DNA of 64,000 nucleotides from Piromyces finnis finn (lineage: Eukaryota > Fungi > Neocallimastigomycota): NCBI GenBank assembly GCA_002104945.1, contig MCFH01000003.1, positions 1,426,001 to 1,490,000 on the forward strand. The letters run 5' to 3'. Each line of letters begins with the position of its first letter. The stretch's first letter is position 1. Of this stretch, positions 52,964 through 64,000 are shown one piece after another. The notes below the pieces were generated by a model. The model saw nothing but the letters and a program-made list of their open reading frames with translations, did no database searches and had not been told where the DNA came from. The position numbers and the translations under genes are program-made.

Positions 52964-53887
52964 TTTATTATTATATTATTATTATATTAATATTATTATT
53001 TATTTGTTATTCCTTTTTTTATTATTATTTGTTTAAATTAAAAAAAAATTGCAATGATTTAACAAAATGTATTTTATAAAAATATATTTTATATTCAACA
53101 AATTTTAATCTAAATTTCTTAACAAATATAACTTTCTTTTAAAATTAAGAAAAAAAATAAAACTTTAATTTTTTTTTTCAATCTATTTTTTTTAATACTA
53201 TAAATTTAAATTTTTTAAAGTGTACAATGAAATAAGTAAAATTTATTTGTTAAAAATGTTTGTATACATTATACATTACATTAATATAATATAAAATGAA
53301 AAATAAATCCATGAATACTTTGCCACCAGTATCTAATGGAAAAAATTTTTGAAAAAATAGTTATTATATTTTCTGTATGTTAATTATTTTTTTTAAATAG
53401 TATTAACATAATGAATTGATGTTGTTATACAATAGGACTTATTAATAATAAAAACTGGTATTATTATTATCAAAAGGTATAAATAAGGAATATACAAAAT
53501 AGGCATAATTTTTTAATAAATGATAATTTATTTATAAAAGTCAACAAAAATATGAATCATATTATGGGTTAGATTATAATTAAAAATTTTTAAATAATTA
53601 TTGTTGGTTAAAATTCCTCAATTTGAAGCTTTTGAAGTTATTAACCATTCTAACATAGTTTGGTTTGATATATCTTTTTTTTTTTTTTTTTTTTTTTTTT
53701 GAAAAAGTTAAGATTATATAGGAGCTTTTTAGCCTTTTAAATTTTCACATAGTAGTGATAAGAAAACAACTTTTAAATATCGTCACATTTTTAAGTATAC
53801 TGCTTTATTAATATAATTTTAAATTACTTCAAAATGTTACTAGATTAATAAAATTAATAAAATAATATCGTTTATTTATTTATTGTT

Positions 53888-53918
<31 letters not shown>

Positions 53919-54166
53919 TTTGTTTTGTTTTTATAAATCTTTATTATTCAATAATAGCTTATATAATAGTATATTTGACAAAATCTTGGAATACTTCAGT
54001 AGTAAATATAAATAATATTAAAGAACTATATATAAAAATTATTAAATGAAATTTATAATATATGTATAAAACTATATTAATTTTCTTTTTTTAAATTAAT
54101 TATAAATAAAAATTTAATAGTATAATAAAATAATTTATAAAAAAAAGTCAAATTTATTATATAGTC

Positions 54167-57807
<3,641 letters not shown>

Positions 57808-58347
57808 ATGATTAAATAAAAATTAACTAGCAATATATATATATAACATAATTATCATCAATAATCATTATAACTATAAACATAACCATTATTATAAATT
57901 GAAAAAGTTTATACTAGTATTAGTAATACTAATAATCATTGTAATTACACTATTTAAATTAATCTACTTGATAGTAAATTTTTTTATTGATTTTATTATA
58001 ACATTTTTTTAATAAATATTATATATGTAAATATTTAAAGAAAAGGAATATTGAATGTATCAATATTTTTAATCTCTATTAAACCAGAGAAATATTATGA
58101 AAATAAAAATAAATAAAATTTCATAAATCATCAATGAATTTTAATATTAAGATATGTATTGGTTATACTATTGAAAATAATAAAATATAGACAACTATTA
58201 AGGATATTAACAAAATAATGGAAATAATAATTATTAATTAAAAATAAATATGTAAAAAAATAAAAAAAATAAATAAATTATCAGATATAAAAGTGAATAG
58301 GTCATGTTTTGTTTTAAAAAAAAAAAAAATAATTTTTTTTTCCACTA

Positions 58348-60679
58348 CTATATAAAAATAGTTCCTATTATAACAAAAAATAATAAAGTCATAAATAGGT
58401 GATGCATTTTATATGATGGGAAAGCACTAGAGGTAGACAATAAATGTTCAAGCATTAAATTATCTTCATATTTCCAATGACAATTAGTATTATAAAATTC
58501 TGAATTCAATGAAGTAAACTTATTACAAATATTATCTTCTGTTTTTATTATTGTCTTCATCATTTTATTATTCTTTTTTCTCTTATCGTCTATCGCTACT
58601 GATGTTTTATTATATTGTAAACTATAATCGATCTTTAATAATTCATTGACATAGTTAACAATTGAATATTGAGGAAGTTTAGAATCTCTTCCTAATTCCC
58701 AGTAAAATATACCACCTAATCCTTTATCAATTATAAAATTAACTTTGGGTAATACACCTTTTTTTGATTCATATGTTGCGTAAATATGTGTGTTTGGGTT
58801 GTATAAATAACTTGCTATTGAATATACATAATTTAAATATATATATATATATTAATATAATTTTATATAATGTAAAGTTTTAATGGGATGGTTTTTTTTT
58901 TTTTTTTTTAAATTACCTTGAGCTTCAGGATCGTAGTAATCAATAAAACCATTATTTAAATATTCTTCCATTAATACATTATAACCGGATGTCCCTAGAG
59001 CTATATCCTTATTAAATGGCATGTTTAATCCAGGATATTCTGTTGAATTATTACGAACAGCGTAATATTCTCTCGAAAAGAAAGGAATTCCAATAATTAA
59101 TTGTGTTAATTTAAATGACGACTTTGTAAGATACTTTTTTTTTTTTTTTATGTTTGTTTAATTTATAAATATTATTATATAGAATTATAAAATTAGAGAT
59201 TAATACTTTATTTAATTTAAATAATTTACTTTATTGCTAATTAATATTTAATATATTACAGATTCTAGGCATTGATGTACGCAACGATATTTTGCTTCTC
59301 CAGTGTCTTTATTAACATATAATAAATATATATATATATATATTTATTTTGCAATATATAATTAATATGTAAATATTATATTTTATATATATTTATAAAT
59401 GAATTACCATGACTGGAAGGGCTCCAATTTGAATTATGTCTAGTGACTGATGTTCCATAGGCTAATTCATACAACTATGAAAAAATTTTAATTTTTTTTT
59501 ATAATAATTTTTAAATTATAATGTTATTGCAATGTTAATTCTTTTTACATTAAATTTTAATTATTAAATATTTTACCATAATTAAAATCCAGTTAAGATT
59601 TTCTACAAAAATGTTCATAACACTAATATTATTTGCTAAATAATCAGGAATAGATGCTGGAAGAGCTAAAGTAATATACCAATCTTGATGGCCAGTTAAA
59701 TTCCAATATTCTCTTAATTCTTTTATAAAGGCAGCTAAATTAATACCATCATTTTCATTATGGTTTGTTCCTACATCACCACCTGATACTGGATATTCCC
59801 AATCAATATCTAATTACAGGAAAGAAAAAATATCATAATTTTATATAGAATTATTTTTTTATTATTATTATTAAAATATCGAATATAATTTCAAAGAAAT
59901 GATTAAATACTAATCTATCTATCTATCTATATTTACCAACACCTTCAAAAATAGGAAATTTTGTAAACCAATTTGTGATAGATTGTATAAATACTTGTCG
60001 TGATTGAGGCGTTAAAAAGGTATCTGAAAATCTTTGAGAATTACCCCATCCACCGATAGAGAGAATTATTTTTAAATGAGGATACTTTTGTTTTAATAAA
60101 AATAATTGATAATAACTACCTATAAAATATTTTTTTTTTCATAATCATTCAATACAAGAAAGTATTAAGTTTTTTTTTTTTTAATAAATTCATTAATACG
60201 TATATATATATATATAGCTGTTTAATTTTTTTTCATATTTTTCTTTTTGTATATACCTTTTAAGCAACTAATACAATTATTTTGACTTTGATGATAAATT
60301 CTTTCAACATCTTCATATTGGTTAAATGGTTGAACTTGATTATTACTATCTATTGTCCCGAAAGCATAAATGATATGTGAAAATTTCGAACCATCAATTG
60401 ATAATGGATCATTTAATGATCCTATTTTATTGAAAATTATAATAATAATTAAATACACACAGTTTATTAATATATTATTTTAGAATTAATGCAATATCCT
60501 ATATTTTTTTAGTTAAGTAAATCTTTATATATTAATTATAGTTGGTTGTTAATACCATCAAAATATCCAAAAGATAGTACTTGGTTTGAATTTTCACTTC
60601 TAACATCTGATATAAATATTGAAAATATTAAAAGTATGAAAGTCTTTAACAGAAATGTGTTTGAAATTCCCATTAACAT
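58348..60679 (-). CDS. GH18 chitinase with signal peptide and putative GPI-anchor signal (multi-exon)
   Basis: N-terminal hydrophobic leader; FSHIIYAFG, KQKYPHLKIILSIGGW, FEGVDIDWEYP (DxDxE intact), LIIGIPFF, GLGGIFYWE; C-terminal SSA...LFMTLLFFVIIGTIFI*. Confidence 0.9.
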
Positions 60680-62376
60680 GGTTGACTAGATAAGATAGCT
60701 ATGAAATATTGTTAAATATTATTTTTATGTTATTTTTATAATATATATTTCTGTTAATGGATTGATGATATTTCCTTGCTCCTTTCTTTTTTTTTTTTTT
60801 TGTTAATTGTAATAATTTAACAGGGTAAACATTTAATCACAGATATTATTATTCCTTTTGGTTAATAATTCTCAATGTTAACTCCATATGAATTCAATAA
60901 ATGAAAAATATTAATAAAATAAAAATTAAAAAAAGTTTAATATATATATTTATTAAGAATAAGAAATTAATTAAAAAAATATTAAATATAAAAAATTTAA
61001 ATTAAATTAAAAAATTAAAATTATTGGTTTTTAAAAAAGAAATTTGAAATGTTTAAACTATTGAATTGAAGTTGAGGGATGGAAAAAGAGAATACGATTA
61101 AAAAAAAATTGAGAAAATGTATGGTTATATTCTGTTATATTGTATTTTATAATGATTATATTCATAAAAGGAAAGAATATCATTATTACTAAAATTATAC
61201 AATAATATATAATTAATTAGTTTTTTTTTTTTTAACTTTAAAAGAATATTAAGAAATCATTCTCAAAAGTTATATATTACCATCATTAATAATAATAATA
61301 TTTCTAGCTCATGAAACTTTTTTATTATTATTAAAACTTAGTGTTAATTTATATATAAATAAATTTGTTTTTTTTTTTTTAAAAAAAACGATAAACTTTA
61401 TAAAATTATAAATGACATGTTTTATAAATTTTGTAGATTAAATGAAAATTTTATTACATTTTAAAGATATAATGTCATAACTTGATAGTTATATACTCAT
61501 AGAGTGTATTAATGATGATGATCACAATCAACTTGTAATCTTTTAATAATTATGAATATCTCCTACAGAGACATCATTATATTTCAATTAATGTTTGTAT
61601 GTTATTGTATCAAATAATTAAAAAATGTAGAAAGATAAAAATCCTTTACCTACATTCATTAATTGCAACGTTTTTTTTTTTTTTATCTAAAATTAGTTAT
61701 CTATTATTATCTTTTTTTTTTTTTTTTTCCATATATCATAGATATCATTATTATTAAATTTTTTTTATTTTTTATTTTTATTTTTTTAAAAAAAAAAAAA
61801 ACAAATTATAAATTTAGTTTAAATTGTTATTTAGATATATTATATTTTTACTTGTTTTTTTTTTTTTTTTTATTCATTATAATATGTAATTATGATTAGG
61901 TTTATTTTTGTATTAAAATTAATGCTACATTTATACCTCTATTAATTTAGTATTTTCATATTTAAAAATTCTTTTTTTTTTTAAATTATTTCTTTTATTT
62001 TAATTAATATTGTTATAAATGTTTTGTTTTGTTTTTCTATTTACTTTTTTTTTTGAATTTTGAATTTTGTATTAACCATAATTATTTCTTTTTATGATGA
62101 TGATGATGATGATGATTTTATTTATTCTTTAATGAAAAAAATACCTATAATTTTATGGTTCTAAATAAAATTTTATATTTAAATAGCTTTGATTTAAAAA
62201 AAAAAAAAAAAAAATTTAATTTAAATTACAATTATAAATAATTAATGATAACTTCATAAATATAATTAGTTTTTAATGAATTATTCTCAACATAAAACAT
62301 AAAATAGAATATGAAAAAAATAAAAAAAAAAAAAAAAGAGAATAAATTTATTGAAGAAATATTAAATATTTAATGT

Positions 62377-63810
<1,434 letters not shown>

Positions 63811-64000
63811 TTTTTTTTTTTTAGTTGTTATTGTTAAAAATATTAAAATATAATTTTATATTTATATATCCGGATTATTTGAAATTAAATTGTTGAAAAA
63901 ATTTCATTTAAATTATGATAGTATAATATAAACATTTTATAAAGCAAAATATATATATATATAATAAAAAAAATTAATCGTTTCATTCAAATTACTTTTA

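Overview
Extremely AT-rich eukaryotic genomic DNA with short GT-AG introns. Gene content and composition point to an anaerobic gut fungus (Neocallimastigomycota); this is inference. Housekeeping and other genes, in order: a truncated low-complexity gene (possibly FBF1-like), transketolase, a choline-transporter-like (SLC44/CTL) gene, a REEP/HVA22-family gene, a ~2,020-aa Skg3/Caf120-like PH protein with a C-terminal winged-helix-like tail, a secreted alpha/beta esterase, an orphan intronless ORF, RAD51 head-to-head with ATG7, a putatively GPI-anchored GH18 chitinase, and a truncated kynurenine/2-aminoadipate aminotransferase. The accessory core is 31-45 kb. Two intronless paralogous secreted genes share one chassis: signal peptide, KR site, a 6-Cys module, a 10-aa Thr/Ser/Pro repeat linker, and a second 6-Cys module. 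One carries a CE2-type SGNH esterase inside the linker. The other is a catalytic-domain-free dumbbell with ~73 repeats. Between them lies a same-strand cluster of non-LTR retrotransposon pieces, including a nested insertion with a perfect 13-bp target-site duplication and a 36-nt poly(A) tail. No database searches were run; family calls rest on recognised motifs.
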